A DNA stretch of 64,000 nucleotides, taken from the NCBI GenBank assembly GCA_033762915.1, contig JANRLD010000050.1:31332-95331 (forward strand), read 5' to 3'. This document shows positions 1-10,030 of the stretch, piece after piece. Position 1 is the stretch's first letter, and each line of letters starts with the position of its first letter. The DNA is from Meiothermus sp. GTDB lineage: Bacteria; Deinococcota; Deinococci; Deinococcales; Thermaceae. The notes beneath the pieces were generated by a model, which was not told the origin of the DNA, ran no database searches, and saw only the letters and a program-made list of their open reading frames with translations. Both the position numbers and the translations under genes were made by a program.

Positions 1-44
1 AATGCGCGGTCTCGAGGTGGAGGCGAGCTACCTTCGCTCTAAGG

Positions 45-197
45 GTCTCTATAGTTGCAATGCAAAATGTCGCCTGCCAGCTCCCGCAGGGAGTTGCGTC
101 TCGGGTAGCCGCTCCGCGGCTATGGCGTACGCCACTTCGCCCAGGCACGTATCTACCGCTTCCGCCGCTTCCGCACTTCTACCCTGGCGCAACTTAA
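45..197 (+). repeat. Dispersed palindromic repeat family A, copy 1 (MITE/REP-like)
   Basis: GTCT..ATAGTTGCAATGC...GGGTAGCCGCTCCGCGGCTATGGCGTACGCCAC...CCCTGGCGCAACTTAA; near-identical to 14042-14235 and to the reverse complements of 33374-33552 and 37074-37245. Confidence 0.9.
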
Positions 198-293
198 AGG
201 CGGCGGGTTGGGCCGGGATTTGCCCGAAGCCAGTCGGTACGGCAAGAGGGGGGGCAAAACCGGGCGTCTGCAACTGGGTGCGTACCACCCCGG

Positions 294-731
294 TCAATCG
301 AGGGGGTCTCTGGCGGTCTGCTTGGTTTCGGGCATGAAGCCCGCGAAGGCGTAGACCTCGTCTCCGCCGTCGCTGACGTGCAGCTCGGCCATCCCGTCGC
401 GCACCATCTCGCGCAGGTGCTCCCTGGCCTCGTCGGCCCCCAGGCCGGTACCCAGCACCACCTCGGCCAGGGTGATGCGCCCCTTGTTTTGCTTGGCCAG
501 GGCCAGGATCCGCTGCTCCGGGGTCGGCCCAGCGGGCCGGGACCGGCTCTGGCTGTTGCGGGCCAGCCGGTAGCCCAGCCAGCCGATCACGGCGAAAAAC
601 ACCCCCAGCCCGGCCACGACGCCCGGCTCGGTCTCGCCGGTTTCGCCACTCAGCAACTCGCCCAGCGCCGCCAGCACAAAGAAACCACTCGAGGCCACGA
701 TAAACCAGCCCAGACAGCCCATAGGGTTCAT
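294..731 (-). CDS. Small membrane protein (2 TM) with C-terminal winged-helix-like domain
   Basis: Two hydrophobic segments, then EQRILALAKQNKGRITLAEVVLGTGLGADEAREHLREMVRDG; TATAAT 8 nt upstream of the ATG. Confidence 0.7.
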   Translation of the reverse strand: MNPMGCLGWFIVASSGFFVLAALGELLSGETGETEPGVVAGLGVFFAVIGWLGYRLARNSQSRSRPAGPTPEQRILALAKQNKGRITLAEVVLGTGLGADEAREHLREMVRDGMAELHVSDGGDEVYAFAGFMPETKQTARDPLD

Positions 732-940
732 GTGGCCGAATTATAGCCTCGAGTTGGCCTCCCGACCGGGTCGAAACGCCTCGAGCTGTGCGGGGGCCAC
801 GGCGGTTCTCGAGTCATCCCGACACTCCCCCACCGCCCGCCCGGCAGACGCGAAGAGGTTTTTGCTGAGTTTAAGACTGAAACCTGATATAACGCGGGGA
901 TAACGCACCGCCCAGTAGAGTCGGGCGGACAGGGGGCGGC

Positions 941-3900
941 ATGGCGGATTCTGCGCGGACGACGGAGACCGGCTTGGATGTCGGTAAGCGGCTCAAGGGG
1001 CTGCTGCTCAAGCGCTCGGGGCTGGCGCTGGGGCTCTGGGGCGAGGCTGGCATCGGCAAGACCCACGCCGCCCAGGCCCTGCTGCGCCAGACCCCGTGTA
1101 CCAGCTTCAGTCTGCACAGCGCAGCGCCCCTGAAGCGCTGGCTGGAGGTCCTCCCCCGTCCCAAGGCCCTCGATCCCTGGGCCGCGCGCATCCTGGATCG
1201 CCTCGCCGCCGGGGACTCCGCGGCCAACGCCGCCGAGGCCTTGGGGGCGCTGCTGGCGAAGCTGGCCCCGGTGGTGCTTCACCTCGAGGACCTGCACGAG
1301 GCCGACGCCGAGCGGGCCGGGCTCATCGCCCAACTGGCCGCGATGGCCCCGCGCAGCAAGGGCGTCGGGCTGCTGATCACCAGCCGGGGTGGGTTGCCGG
1401 CCGCGCTCGATGCCGTCGAGATCGAGCGCCTGTCCGCCCTCGACGCTAGGGGGCTGCTCGAGGCCCAGGCCGGCGCGGAACTGCCCGCCGAGGCGATCGG
1501 GTGGATCTTCGCACGGGCCTCGGGCAACCCGCTGTTCACCCTCGAGTACTTTCGCCACCTCTCGCGCATGGGCAACCTCTGGAACGACGGCCGGCGCTGG
1601 CGCTGGCGCGCACCGGAGCAGCACCAGATGCCAAGCACCGTCGAGGCGCTGCTCGAGCGCAGGCTGCGTGAGGCCGCCGATACCCCCGAACTTGAAGGGT
1701 TGCTCGAGGCCAAGGCCTTTCTGGGGGCAGAAGACACCGCGCTGGCCGAAGTCACGGGTATGGCTCCTGGGGTGCTGGCCAATTGCCTGCGTTTGCTCGA
1801 GGCGCGGGGAATTTTGCTGCGCGGGGAGTTCGCCCACCCACTGTTGCGCGAGGTGTTGCTGCAAAACCTGCCGCGCGAACGCCGGGCTGAACTGGCGAGG
1901 CGGGCGCTGGCCTCCCTGGCGAAACACCCGGCCCAGGTGGCGGCCTTCCTGGACGACGCCGGGCTGGCCCCGGCCCAGGCGCGGGCCTGGCTTGAACGTG
2001 CGGCCGAGGCCGCCCAGGCGGCGGGCGACGGTTTGCAGGCCGGGCGGTTGAAGGCCAGGGCAGTTCCCTACATCGCCGACGAGGCCGAGCGCGGGCGGCG
2101 TGCCTTAGAGGCCGCGGTGGCGCTCTACCCCTACGACCTGAGCCAGTCCATCGCGCTGCTCGAGGCCGCCTGGGCGGTGCGTGCGGGCGACTTCGAGGTC
2201 TACAAGCACCTGCTGGTCGAGCTGGCCGAGGCGGGCCGCAGGGCCGAGGTGGAGCGGCTGTTCGAGGTTTTCCCCGCCGAAGACCGCCACAGCCAGCGGG
2301 GCTTCATGCTGACCCTGCACGCCTGGCACTACCTCGACCGCTACGCCGAGGTACTCAGGCTGTGGGAGGCCAAGCCCGAGCTGCACGCGGGCATCTCCCC
2401 GTTCATCCTGCGCAACGTGGCCTACGCCAAGGCCGCGTTGGGTGACCCCGCCGGTGCGACGGCGCTGGCCCAGGAGGCGCTGGCTCGGCCTGACCTCACG
2501 GTGCTTCAGCGGGTGGTGCTGCTCGAGGCCTGCGGCTTTGCAGGCAGCAACAGCTCGGACTTCGCCGCCGCTGAAGGCTTCTACGACCAGGCCATCGCGC
2601 TTTTCGAGGCCGATGGCCAGGCCCACCGCTCGGGCTCGCTGCTGTTCAACCGCGCCATTGCCCGGCTGTCGCTGGGCCGCTTCGCCGAGGCGCGGGGCGA
2701 CGCCGAGCGGGCGCTCGAGCTGGCCGCCGAGGGCGCTCAGCCGCTGTTCTACGCCAACGCCCAGCTGGCCCTGGGGGTCGTGCTGACCGAGCAGGGCCAC
2801 TACGACCGCGCCGAGGAGGCACTGCAAGCCTGCCATGCCCACTACCGGCAGGCCGGGCTCGGCGGCTGGCAGGTCGACGCGGAACTCCAGCTGGGCGAGC
2901 TGTACCGCGCCTGGCCCCTGCCGCACGCCGAGGTCTTGGCGCAGAAGCACGCCTTCGCCGCGCTGCGGCTGGCCCAGACCTTGGAGGACCGGCGCTACGC
3001 CGCCGGCGCGACCCGCGGCGCCGCGCTGACCGAGGCCCGCTTCGGCTCGCCCCAGCGGGCCTTGACGCTGGCCGAGCAGGGCTACGCGGCGGCCGCTGGG
3101 CTGGGTGAGCCGATGGGTTTGTGCCAGGCCCTGTGCGCACGGGCGACGGCGCACGCCGCGCTGGGTCAGACCCGGCAGGCGGTCGAGGATTTTCGGCAGG
3201 CCCAGGAGCACGCCCGGCAGGTGGGGGCTCGACACGAGGTCGGGAAGATCGGCCTCGAGCTGGCCCGCCTCGAGAACGACCTCAGCAGTGCCCGCGAGCA
3301 CCTGCGCTGGTTCGAGGCGAACGGCCTGATGAACGGGGCCAACCTGGCCCACCGCCTGTTCCCCGAACTCGCCGCGCAGCCCGGGCCGGTTCGGGGCGAG
3401 GCGGGGGTGCGCCTCGAGGTGCTCGGCCCGATGCAGATCGTCGGTGGGGAGGGCGGTCAGCCGGTGCGCGGCCAGAAGCGGCGGGAGCTTCTGGCCCTGC
3501 TGCTTGAGGCCCGCGTCTCAGGCCGCCGCGAGGCGGGCAAGCTCGAGTTGCTCGAGGCCCTCTACCCCGGCGCCGACGAACTCCAGGCCGCTACCGCGCT
3601 CAGGGACATGGTGTACCAGTTGCGCGAACTCTTCGGGCAGGGCTTGGTCCAGACCACCGACGGCGGCTATGCGCTGGGCGAGGTGGGGTCGGACGCCGAG
3701 CTGTTCTTGCGGTCGGGCGACACCAGGCTGTGGCGGGGTGCTTACCTTGAGGGCGTCGGCCTCGAGGCGGGCGACACCGTGCGCGAGGCGCTGCACCTCA
3801 AACTCCGCGCCCGCGCCGAGGCGCTGCTTGAGGCCGACCCTACCGAGGCCGTGCGGGTCGGGAAGATTCTGCTCGAGGCCGATCCCTACTCGCCCGAAAG

Positions 3901-4042
3901 CCTGCGCCTGACCTTGCGCGCGCTGCAGGCACTCAAGAACCACAAGGGGCTGAGCCGGACGTATGCCAGGGCCAAGGAGAACTGGCTGGAGGTGGGGGAG
4001 CGGCTGCCGGAAAGCTGGGCCGAGTTCGTGGCGGGTGGGTAG
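941..4042 (+). CDS. STAND/AAA ATPase - TPR - SARP/BTAD-type transcriptional regulator
   Basis: Walker A GEAGIGKT, Walker B LHLEDLH, GNPLF motif, long TPR-like helical region, C-terminal LEVLGP...RRELLALLL...EALYP wHTH and SDAELF..LWRGAYL..DPYS BTAD-like segment. Confidence 0.85.
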   Translation: MADSARTTETGLDVGKRLKGLLLKRSGLALGLWGEAGIGKTHAAQALLRQTPCTSFSLHSAAPLKRWLEVLPRPKALDPWAARILDRLAAGDSAANAAEALGALLAKLAPVVLHLEDLHEADAERAGLIAQLAAMAPRSKGVGLLITSRGGLPAALDAVEIERLSALDARGLLEAQAGAELPAEAIGWIFARASGNPLFTLEYFRHLSRMGNLWNDGRRWRWRAPEQHQMPSTVEALLERRLREAADTPELEGLLEAKAFLGAEDTALAEVTGMAPGVLANCLRLLEARGILLRGEFAHPLLREVLLQNLPRERRAELARRALASLAKHPAQVAAFLDDAGLAPAQARAWLERAAEAAQAAGDGLQAGRLKARAVPYIADEAERGRRALEAAVALYPYDLSQSIALLEAAWAVRAGDFEVYKHLLVELAEAGRRAEVERLFEVFPAEDRHSQRGFMLTLHAWHYLDRYAEVLRLWEAKPELHAGISPFILRNVAYAKAALGDPAGATALAQEALARPDLTVLQRVVLLEACGFAGSNSSDFAAAEGFYDQAIALFEADGQAHRSGSLLFNRAIARLSLGRFAEARGDAERALELAAEGAQPLFYANAQLALGVVLTEQGHYDRAEEALQACHAHYRQAGLGGWQVDAELQLGELYRAWPLPHAEVLAQKHAFAALRLAQTLEDRRYAAGATRGAALTEARFGSPQRALTLAEQGYAAAAGLGEPMGLCQALCARATAHAALGQTRQAVEDFRQAQEHARQVGARHEVGKIGLELARLENDLSSAREHLRWFEANGLMNGANLAHRLFPELAAQPGPVRGEAGVRLEVLGPMQIVGGEGGQPVRGQKRRELLALLLEARVSGRREAGKLELLEALYPGADELQAATALRDMVYQLRELFGQGLVQTTDGGYALGEVGSDAELFLRSGDTRLWRGAYLEGVGLEAGDTVREALHLKLRARAEALLEADPTEAVRVGKILLEADPYSPESLRLTLRALQALKNHKGLSRTYARAKENWLEVGERLPESWAEFVAGG

Positions 4043-4137
4043 GCGGGGCCGGGGGAAAGGGGCCGCCGGGCAGGGAGGACGGCAGGGCGTATGGGTGATG
4101 CGCCCCTTCTCGCCGTTCTGCTGCCCCAAAGGCGGCG

Positions 4138-5427
4138 CTACCGCAGTGGTAGGCCGCTGGGGGCGAGGTTGAAGGCCAGGCCATAGGGGGCTCGAGACAG
4201 GTCGGGGCCGCTGAAGCTGCGGGTGGGCCTGACCTGCTGGCCCAGCCCGGGCCGCTGGGCTGCGGGGGCGTACATCAGGATCAGGTTCTGGCTGCCGTTG
4301 AAATCGGTGACCCAGAGGTTGCCGCCGTTGTCGAAGGCCATCGCGCCGAAGAGGAAGCTGGGGGTGTCGGTCTGGAGCTGGATGTCGGGCTGGGCGGCGG
4401 TGTTGCCGAGCCGGGCCTTAGGGTAGCGGAACAGCCAGCCTATGGTGCTGACCCAGAGGTTGCCAGAGGCGTCGAAGGCCAGTCCCTGGGGGGCGATGGG
4501 GCTGGTGGCGGAGCCCCCCGTGAGGCTGAAGTCGGGGGTCGGGCTGCCGCTGCCGGCGATCTTGCTGGGCGCGAAGCCCAGAACCTGGCTGCGGCTGGTG
4601 GCGGAGTCGGCCACCCAGAGGTTGCCCGTGCTATCGAAGGCCAGCCCCGCGGGGCTCGAGAAGCCCCTCAGGGTGCGGTCGGCGCGGAGGCTGTTGGTCG
4701 CGGCGGCCAGGGTGTGGGCCGAGAAGTAGACCACCTTCCCGCCGCCCGATACCCACAGCCCGCCTTCGCCGTCGAAAGCCAGGCCCCAGGGTCCGTCGAG
4801 GTCGGGGCTGCTCAGGACGCGCAGCGGCCTGAGGGCGGGGTCGCGGCTGCCGAGCTGGGAGACGCTGTACTGCACCAACCGATTCTGTCGGAAGCTGGCG
4901 ACCCAGAGGTTGCCGCCCGCGTCGAAGGCGATGTCCTGCGGGCTGTCCACTGAGGCGTCCTGGCCCAGCCGGGCGCTGGCGCTGAGGGCGGTGCTGCTCG
5001 AGGCCAGGTCGCCCGCGTCGAAGCCCAGCAGAAGCGGCGTGCCTTCGTTGATAAAGCTCAAGCCGGTCCACAGCTTGCCGCTGCCGGGAGCCTGGGCGTA
5101 GCTCACGTTGGCGCTGGCGCTCCCGTTCACCGCGACGGTCTGCGGGTCGGCGCTGAAGGCGGTGTCGGTGGTGGTTCCGCCCGTACGGCGGACGCTCTGC
5201 GGCAGCAGGTAGTAGTTGCCCGCCGCCAGCGGGGAAAGGGTGGTGCTGGCGCTGAGGGTCTGGCGGAAGTTGTTGGGGCCGAGCACCAGGACCCTCGGGG
5301 TGACGCCCCCGGGGGCGCTGAGGGTTATCTGAAGGCTGCCTTCGGGGCTGCCGCCCGCACCGCAGGCCGAAAGCAGCCCCGCCAGCCCCAGCAACAGCAT
5401 GCCCATCGTCGAGTTTAGTCTGGTCAT
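4138..5427 (-). CDS. Lipoprotein with NHL-repeat beta-propeller
   Basis: Lipobox LLSAC; about five PxGLAFDxxGNLWV-type repeats; SD AAGGAG. Confidence 0.8.
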   Translation of the reverse strand: MTRLNSTMGMLLLGLAGLLSACGAGGSPEGSLQITLSAPGGVTPRVLVLGPNNFRQTLSASTTLSPLAAGNYYLLPQSVRRTGGTTTDTAFSADPQTVAVNGSASANVSYAQAPGSGKLWTGLSFINEGTPLLLGFDAGDLASSSTALSASARLGQDASVDSPQDIAFDAGGNLWVASFRQNRLVQYSVSQLGSRDPALRPLRVLSSPDLDGPWGLAFDGEGGLWVSGGGKVVYFSAHTLAAATNSLRADRTLRGFSSPAGLAFDSTGNLWVADSATSRSQVLGFAPSKIAGSGSPTPDFSLTGGSATSPIAPQGLAFDASGNLWVSTIGWLFRYPKARLGNTAAQPDIQLQTDTPSFLFGAMAFDNGGNLWVTDFNGSQNLILMYAPAAQRPGLGQQVRPTRSFSGPDLSRAPYGLAFNLAPSGLPLR

Positions 5428-5459
5428 GACGTTCTCCTTGGCCTAAGGATCGCTCGGCG

Positions 5460-5479
5460 CCGGTCAGACGGCGGTCGGA
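5460..5479 (-). promoter_or_regulatory. 11-bp-period direct repeat box TCCGACCGCCGTCTGACCGG (putative SARP-type activator site)
   Basis: Matches the 5649-5668 box at 19/20 positions; lies 8 nt before GATCCT (-10-like), upstream of the NHL lipoprotein. Confidence 0.65.
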
Positions 5480-5648
5480 AATAGGCCAGGTTTTGTCCGG
5501 GGCTCTGGGGGGCTCGAGTCAGCCGTACGCCCGCCCCTCCGACATCAGGGCGTGGGCGCGGAGACCCGAGGGCGTCGGTCCGCTCGGGGGTACCCGCGCC
5601 CTGTGCAAGAGCCGTACCAGGGCTCGAGCGGACAAAAACCCCGCAAAA

Positions 5649-5668
5649 TCCGATCGCCGTCTGACCGG
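5649..5668 (+). promoter_or_regulatory. 11-bp-period direct repeat box TCCGATCGCCGTCTGACCGG (putative SARP-type activator site)
   Basis: Lies 8 nt before CATCCT (-10-like), upstream of the zinc-ribbon/lipoprotein operon. Confidence 0.65.
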
Positions 5669-5708
5669 CCCTGCCGCATCCTGATCCTCAGAGAAAGGGA
5701 GGTGGGCG

Positions 5709-5927
5709 GTGGGAAATGCGACGAAGACAGATTTGCGCTTTCGGCTGTGCCCGCGCTGCTCGAGGGCCGTTCCCGTGTCCTCAGAGGAGCGCTTCTGCAT
5801 CAACGATGGCACCCGGATGATGGAGGGCTGCCCCCACTGCGGGGCCGCCATCACCAGCCCGTATGCCCGTTTTTGCGGCGCGTGCGGGCTCGAGTTTGTT
5901 CAGACTTTGGGACGGAGGGAGAACTGA
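5709..5927 (+). CDS. Double zinc-ribbon small protein
   Basis: CPRC..FCINDG..CPHC..FCGACG; SD GGGAGG before the GTG. Confidence 0.75.
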   Translation: MGNATKTDLRFRLCPRCSRAVPVSSEERFCINDGTRMMEGCPHCGAAITSPYARFCGACGLEFVQTLGRREN

Positions 5928-5929
5928 AT

Positions 5930-8080
5930 ATGGGTGCCTTGAGATGGCTCATTGGGCCGACGCTGGTTGTTCTAACCGCCTGCGGGGGCCAAACCCCACC
6001 CGACGACAGCGACGCCCCGGTTCCCCCGGTCATCCCGCCCACCACTAAGGTGAGCGACAGCGCCACCCGCGCCGCCCTGACTGCCTACGACCCCGCCAGT
6101 GGGACGATGCGCTTTGCCCAGAGCACCCCCGCCCTGGCCGGCCTTCAGCCCGACGACGTGCTGGCCTCGGAGCCCTCGAGCGCGGCCCCGGATGGCTACT
6201 TGCGCAAGGTCAAGGCCATCCGCAAGGAGGGGGGCGGGGTGGTGCTCGAGACCGTACAGGCCAGCCTGCCCGAGGCCATCTCGGAGGGCTCGCTCAACGC
6301 CAGCGGCGAGCTTACGCCCGCCGATCTGCGCTCTTCGGTGGCGCTGCTGCCGGGCGTGACCGTAGGTGCGGCAGAGCCCAAGGCGGCGGGGGTGAACTCC
6401 CAACTGGACATCGGCGATGGCTTTAAGTTCAAGGTCAGCTTCGACAGGACCGTGCTCGATGTGAACGAGGGGCCGGTTAAGGTCAAGGTGCAGGTCTCCG
6501 GCTCGGCCTACTTCAACGCGGGCTACAACTTCGGCCTCAGCATCCGCGGCCCCAGCCTGATCCCGCCCCGGCTGCCGGCCCTGACCCGCCTCGAGGCCTG
6601 GGTCGGCTTCGACCAGCGCTCGAGCCTGCGCATCTGGGGCGACGCCAACGCCAAGCTCTCCAAGGACATCAAGGTAGCCGAGCAGCGCTTCGCGCCCAAA
6701 TGCTTCTCTATCGGGCCGGTGCCGGTCTGCGTGGTGCCCACGCTGTACATCTTCGTGGGGGCCAGCGGCGAGGTGAGCCTGAGTTTCGACTACTCCGCAG
6801 TGCAGACCTCCTACGCCAAGATCGGCACCAAGTGGACCAACCGCGACGGCTGGAAGAAGCTCGAGCCCACCCCCCGCTACGACGCCACCTTCGACCAGAA
6901 CTTCGTGGTCAACGCGGGGCTCAAGGCCAGCGTCTTCACCCGCGCCGAGGGCGCCCTCATGATCTACGGCGTTGGCGGCCCCACCGTGGGCGTCAAGGCG
7001 GGCCTCGAGCTCGACGGGGCGGTGCCCCGCAACCCGGTCTGGATTCTCTCGGGATACCTCGAGGGCTACGTCAGCTTCATCGTGGACCTGCCCATCTTCG
7101 GTCGGCTTTCCGAGACCAGCGAGGTGGTGCTCACCTTCAAAAAGGAGCTGGGCCGCTCGCCCAACCGGCCGCCCATCCTTACCCTGACCGGGCGCTCGCC
7201 CGACGTGCCGCTGGGTCTGCCGGTGGGCCTCGGCAACGGCTGCGACCTTCTGGGTAGCTACTTCTACGCAGCGCGGGACGCCGAGGACGGCTGCTCGGTG
7301 GCGGTCACGGTGACCTCGAGCCGTGACGGAGCCCTGCCGCCCGCCCACACCTTCCAGAGCAGTGGCCCCCGCACCCTCACGGTGGTGGCCAGGGACACCA
7401 ACGGCGCCACCGCGCAGGCCAGCTTCGCCGTTAACGTGGTCAACACCCCGCCCACCGTCTACGGCAACCTGGGCAGCTCCACCATCCAGGCCACCGTCCC
7501 GGCCTACTTCAGCGTCGCCGCCCTCGACCCCAACACCGGCCCGGTCGACTGCGGCGCGATCACCCTCAGCGGCTTCGCGGTGCAGACCATAAGCGCGGTG
7601 GGCGGCGACTGCCGCTACAGCGTGACCTTCCCTCAGCCCGGCACCCAGACCCTCCTCGCCACCGCCCGCGACCCTCAGGGCACCCTGAGCGAGCCCAAGA
7701 GCTTCACTGTGCAGGTCGGCCCGGCGCCGGTGGTCCCGCCGCCGGTCTGGCAGATTCCGCCGGGCCTCGAGGTACGCGACACCGCCAACCGCTTGATCCC
7801 CAGCGAGACCGAGGTGGAGGTGGCCTGCGCCTATACAGTGCGGCTGTCGGCCCGGGCTACCGACCCCGGCGGCAGAACCGTGACCTACCTCTGGCAGGAG
7901 TTCTACCCCAATGGAACCGCCCGCACCCTCACCCCCGCCGCCGACGGCACCGTAACTACCGGAGTGGGGCGCGAGTACACCGGCCGCGTGCGCTACCAGG
8001 TCACCGCCAGCAACGGCGCCTCGAGCAACAATCCGCTCAGCCAGTACGTGCGCTACGTGGCGGGGGTTTGTGTCAAGTGA
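5930..8080 (+). CDS. Large secreted lipoprotein with Ig/PKD-like C-terminal repeats
   Basis: MGALRWLIGPTLVVLTAC lipobox, SD GGAGG; beta-rich body; NRPP..A.D.EDG and NTPP..ALDP Ig-like repeats. Start trimmed from ORF 5552. Confidence 0.75.
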   Translation: MGALRWLIGPTLVVLTACGGQTPPDDSDAPVPPVIPPTTKVSDSATRAALTAYDPASGTMRFAQSTPALAGLQPDDVLASEPSSAAPDGYLRKVKAIRKEGGGVVLETVQASLPEAISEGSLNASGELTPADLRSSVALLPGVTVGAAEPKAAGVNSQLDIGDGFKFKVSFDRTVLDVNEGPVKVKVQVSGSAYFNAGYNFGLSIRGPSLIPPRLPALTRLEAWVGFDQRSSLRIWGDANAKLSKDIKVAEQRFAPKCFSIGPVPVCVVPTLYIFVGASGEVSLSFDYSAVQTSYAKIGTKWTNRDGWKKLEPTPRYDATFDQNFVVNAGLKASVFTRAEGALMIYGVGGPTVGVKAGLELDGAVPRNPVWILSGYLEGYVSFIVDLPIFGRLSETSEVVLTFKKELGRSPNRPPILTLTGRSPDVPLGLPVGLGNGCDLLGSYFYAARDAEDGCSVAVTVTSSRDGALPPAHTFQSSGPRTLTVVARDTNGATAQASFAVNVVNTPPTVYGNLGSSTIQATVPAYFSVAALDPNTGPVDCGAITLSGFAVQTISAVGGDCRYSVTFPQPGTQTLLATARDPQGTLSEPKSFTVQVGPAPVVPPPVWQIPPGLEVRDTANRLIPSETEVEVACAYTVRLSARATDPGGRTVTYLWQEFYPNGTARTLTPAADGTVTTGVGREYTGRVRYQVTASNGASSNNPLSQYVRYVAGVCVK

Positions 8081-8142
8081 GGCGAGCGCTGGGGCATCGG
8101 GTGAGCCAACTGCCCCACATTCCACCACCCAAGGAGGTTAAG

Positions 8143-9849
8143 GTGAGACGCCTAGCGACACTTCTGCTCTTGAACCTAGCGGCTTGCGGCGGCCCCGCGC
8201 CCGCCCCGGCCCAGCCCACCTTCACCCTGCGCGTGGAGTCTCCGGTCTTGGAGCTGCGCGTCACCCAGACCGCTACCCTCAAGGTCACGGTCAGCCGCAG
8301 CGGCGGGTTCGTGGCACCCGTGATACTCAGCCTGGGCGGGGAGAACACCGGGCTCGAGTCTGCCCCCGTCACGGTCCTCGGCGGCGAGGGCTCCCTGAGC
8401 ATCAAGGTCACCGACGCCGCCAAAACCGGCACCAGCTTCCCGGTGGTGGTGGGCACGGCAGGAGCCCTTACCAAGTCCGAAACCCTGACCCTGCGCGTCG
8501 CCAAGGCGGTGGCGGCGGTCTCGAGCGTAACCGTCAAGGAGGGCGGTGGCAGCGCCCAGGTGCGTCAGGGCTTCGGGAGTGTGACCCTTCAGGTTCAGGG
8601 CAGTAACCTCGAGCGCGTGACCGCCTTCAGGGTGGGCGACCTCGAGACCGCCCTGCTGCCTGGCCGGACGCCGACGGGGCTCGAGCTGCAGGTCAGGGTC
8701 CCACACGGTGCGACGCTGGGAGCCAAGCGCCTGGTCCTCACCACCGAGGGCGGCGATGCCGACTTGCTGGCCCTGACCGTCACCCCCATCACCTCGGGGC
8801 CGGGCGGGAGCGACGCCAGCGGTGCGGGGACCCCCGAGCGGCCCTACCGCTCGCTCAAGAGGGCCCTCTCGCAAAGCTCGACCGGCGACACCGTGCGGCT
8901 CCTAAACGGAACCTATAGCGCGGTAAACGGAGAGACCTGGGCCAGCGACGACGGCACCACCGTTATCCCCAACGTGCCTGCCGGGGTGATGGTGGAGGGC
9001 GAGAGCAGGGCAGGGGTGATCCTCAGCGGCCCCAACACCCTTGCCACCAGCGTGGCCCTGGCCTTTTCCGGCGGCGGCGGGGCCAGGGCCCTCACCGCCA
9101 GGGGCTTCACCGCCGGGTTTCGCGTCGGCGGCAGCGTGAGCCTCGAGAACGTCGCGGTTCAGTCTGTGTTGGGCGGGGGTGGGGTCAAGGCCGACGGCGG
9201 GAGCCTGCGGGTGGCCGGCTCCGAGTTCAGTGGCGGGGCCGTCGGGCTGCTGCTCTTTGGGACGGTTGACGCCGAGCTGGTGGGCGGCTCCGCCCACGAC
9301 AACGGCACCGGGGTCTCCCTTTCCGGGGCGGCCAAGCTCAGGGTGACTGGCGGCTTCGCAGCCTACGCCAACGGCGCAGGGATGCAGGTCTCGGGTCAGG
9401 CTGAGGCCGCCCTCGAGGGCAGCCAGTTCCACAGCAACCGCGCCACGGGAGTGCTGGCCAACGGGGATTCCGTCCTTAGGGTGAGCGGTTGCGAGTTCTA
9501 CGCCAACGCCACCTCGGGCCTCGAGTTCGGCGGGAGAAGCCTGACCCTGCGCGGCAGCACCCTGCGCGACAACCGGGGGGCCGGACTTACGGTCAGCCGC
9601 TCACCGACCAAGGTAGACCTGGGCACCTTCACCGATCCCGGCAACAACGACCTGCGCGGCAACAGCGCCGCCCTGGGTCAGATCTCCGACATCCGGCTCT
9701 ACGTCAGCGGGCTGGGGCAGGTGGTCTTCACGCTGAGCGCCACCCGGCTCAACGGGGTCACCCCCCGGCCCGACATCTACACTGGGCAGTACAGCAACCT
9801 GCCCTACTTCTCCATCGCGGTGCCCAATGTCACCGTACAGATCTTCTGA
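8143..9849 (+). CDS. Lipoprotein with DUF1565 / right-handed parallel beta-helix domain
   Basis: AAGGAGG + GTG start, lipobox LAAC; GSDASGAGTPERPYRSLKRAL..GDTVRLLNGTY motif followed by Asn/Gly beta-helix repeats. Confidence 0.8.
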   Translation: MRRLATLLLLNLAACGGPAPAPAQPTFTLRVESPVLELRVTQTATLKVTVSRSGGFVAPVILSLGGENTGLESAPVTVLGGEGSLSIKVTDAAKTGTSFPVVVGTAGALTKSETLTLRVAKAVAAVSSVTVKEGGGSAQVRQGFGSVTLQVQGSNLERVTAFRVGDLETALLPGRTPTGLELQVRVPHGATLGAKRLVLTTEGGDADLLALTVTPITSGPGGSDASGAGTPERPYRSLKRALSQSSTGDTVRLLNGTYSAVNGETWASDDGTTVIPNVPAGVMVEGESRAGVILSGPNTLATSVALAFSGGGGARALTARGFTAGFRVGGSVSLENVAVQSVLGGGGVKADGGSLRVAGSEFSGGAVGLLLFGTVDAELVGGSAHDNGTGVSLSGAAKLRVTGGFAAYANGAGMQVSGQAEAALEGSQFHSNRATGVLANGDSVLRVSGCEFYANATSGLEFGGRSLTLRGSTLRDNRGAGLTVSRSPTKVDLGTFTDPGNNDLRGNSAALGQISDIRLYVSGLGQVVFTLSATRLNGVTPRPDIYTGQYSNLPYFSIAVPNVTVQIF

Positions 9850-10030
9850 TTGCGTGTCCCACCAGTACCCTCCGCGCGGCGGCGTTTGCCCTGCCGAGTA
9901 CGGTTCGGCGCCCCCTCCTTCGCCGTACTGTGGGGAATGCAGCAAGCCCGCAGCGGCGGCTATAGCCCGTAAACTCGAGCAGGCACCAAGTATCCCGCGA
10001 AGCGGCCCGACCGCCCGAAAGGACAACCGT

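Noticed and set aside
941..4042. Avs-type anti-phage STAND protein
   Set aside because: No nuclease or other effector domain; the C-terminus is a transcription-activator module
5972..8128. Long antisense ORFs (e.g. 718 aa here, 664 aa at 19915-21909, 415 aa at 2105-3352)
   Set aside because: Shadow frames of real GC-rich genes on the opposite strand; no motifs
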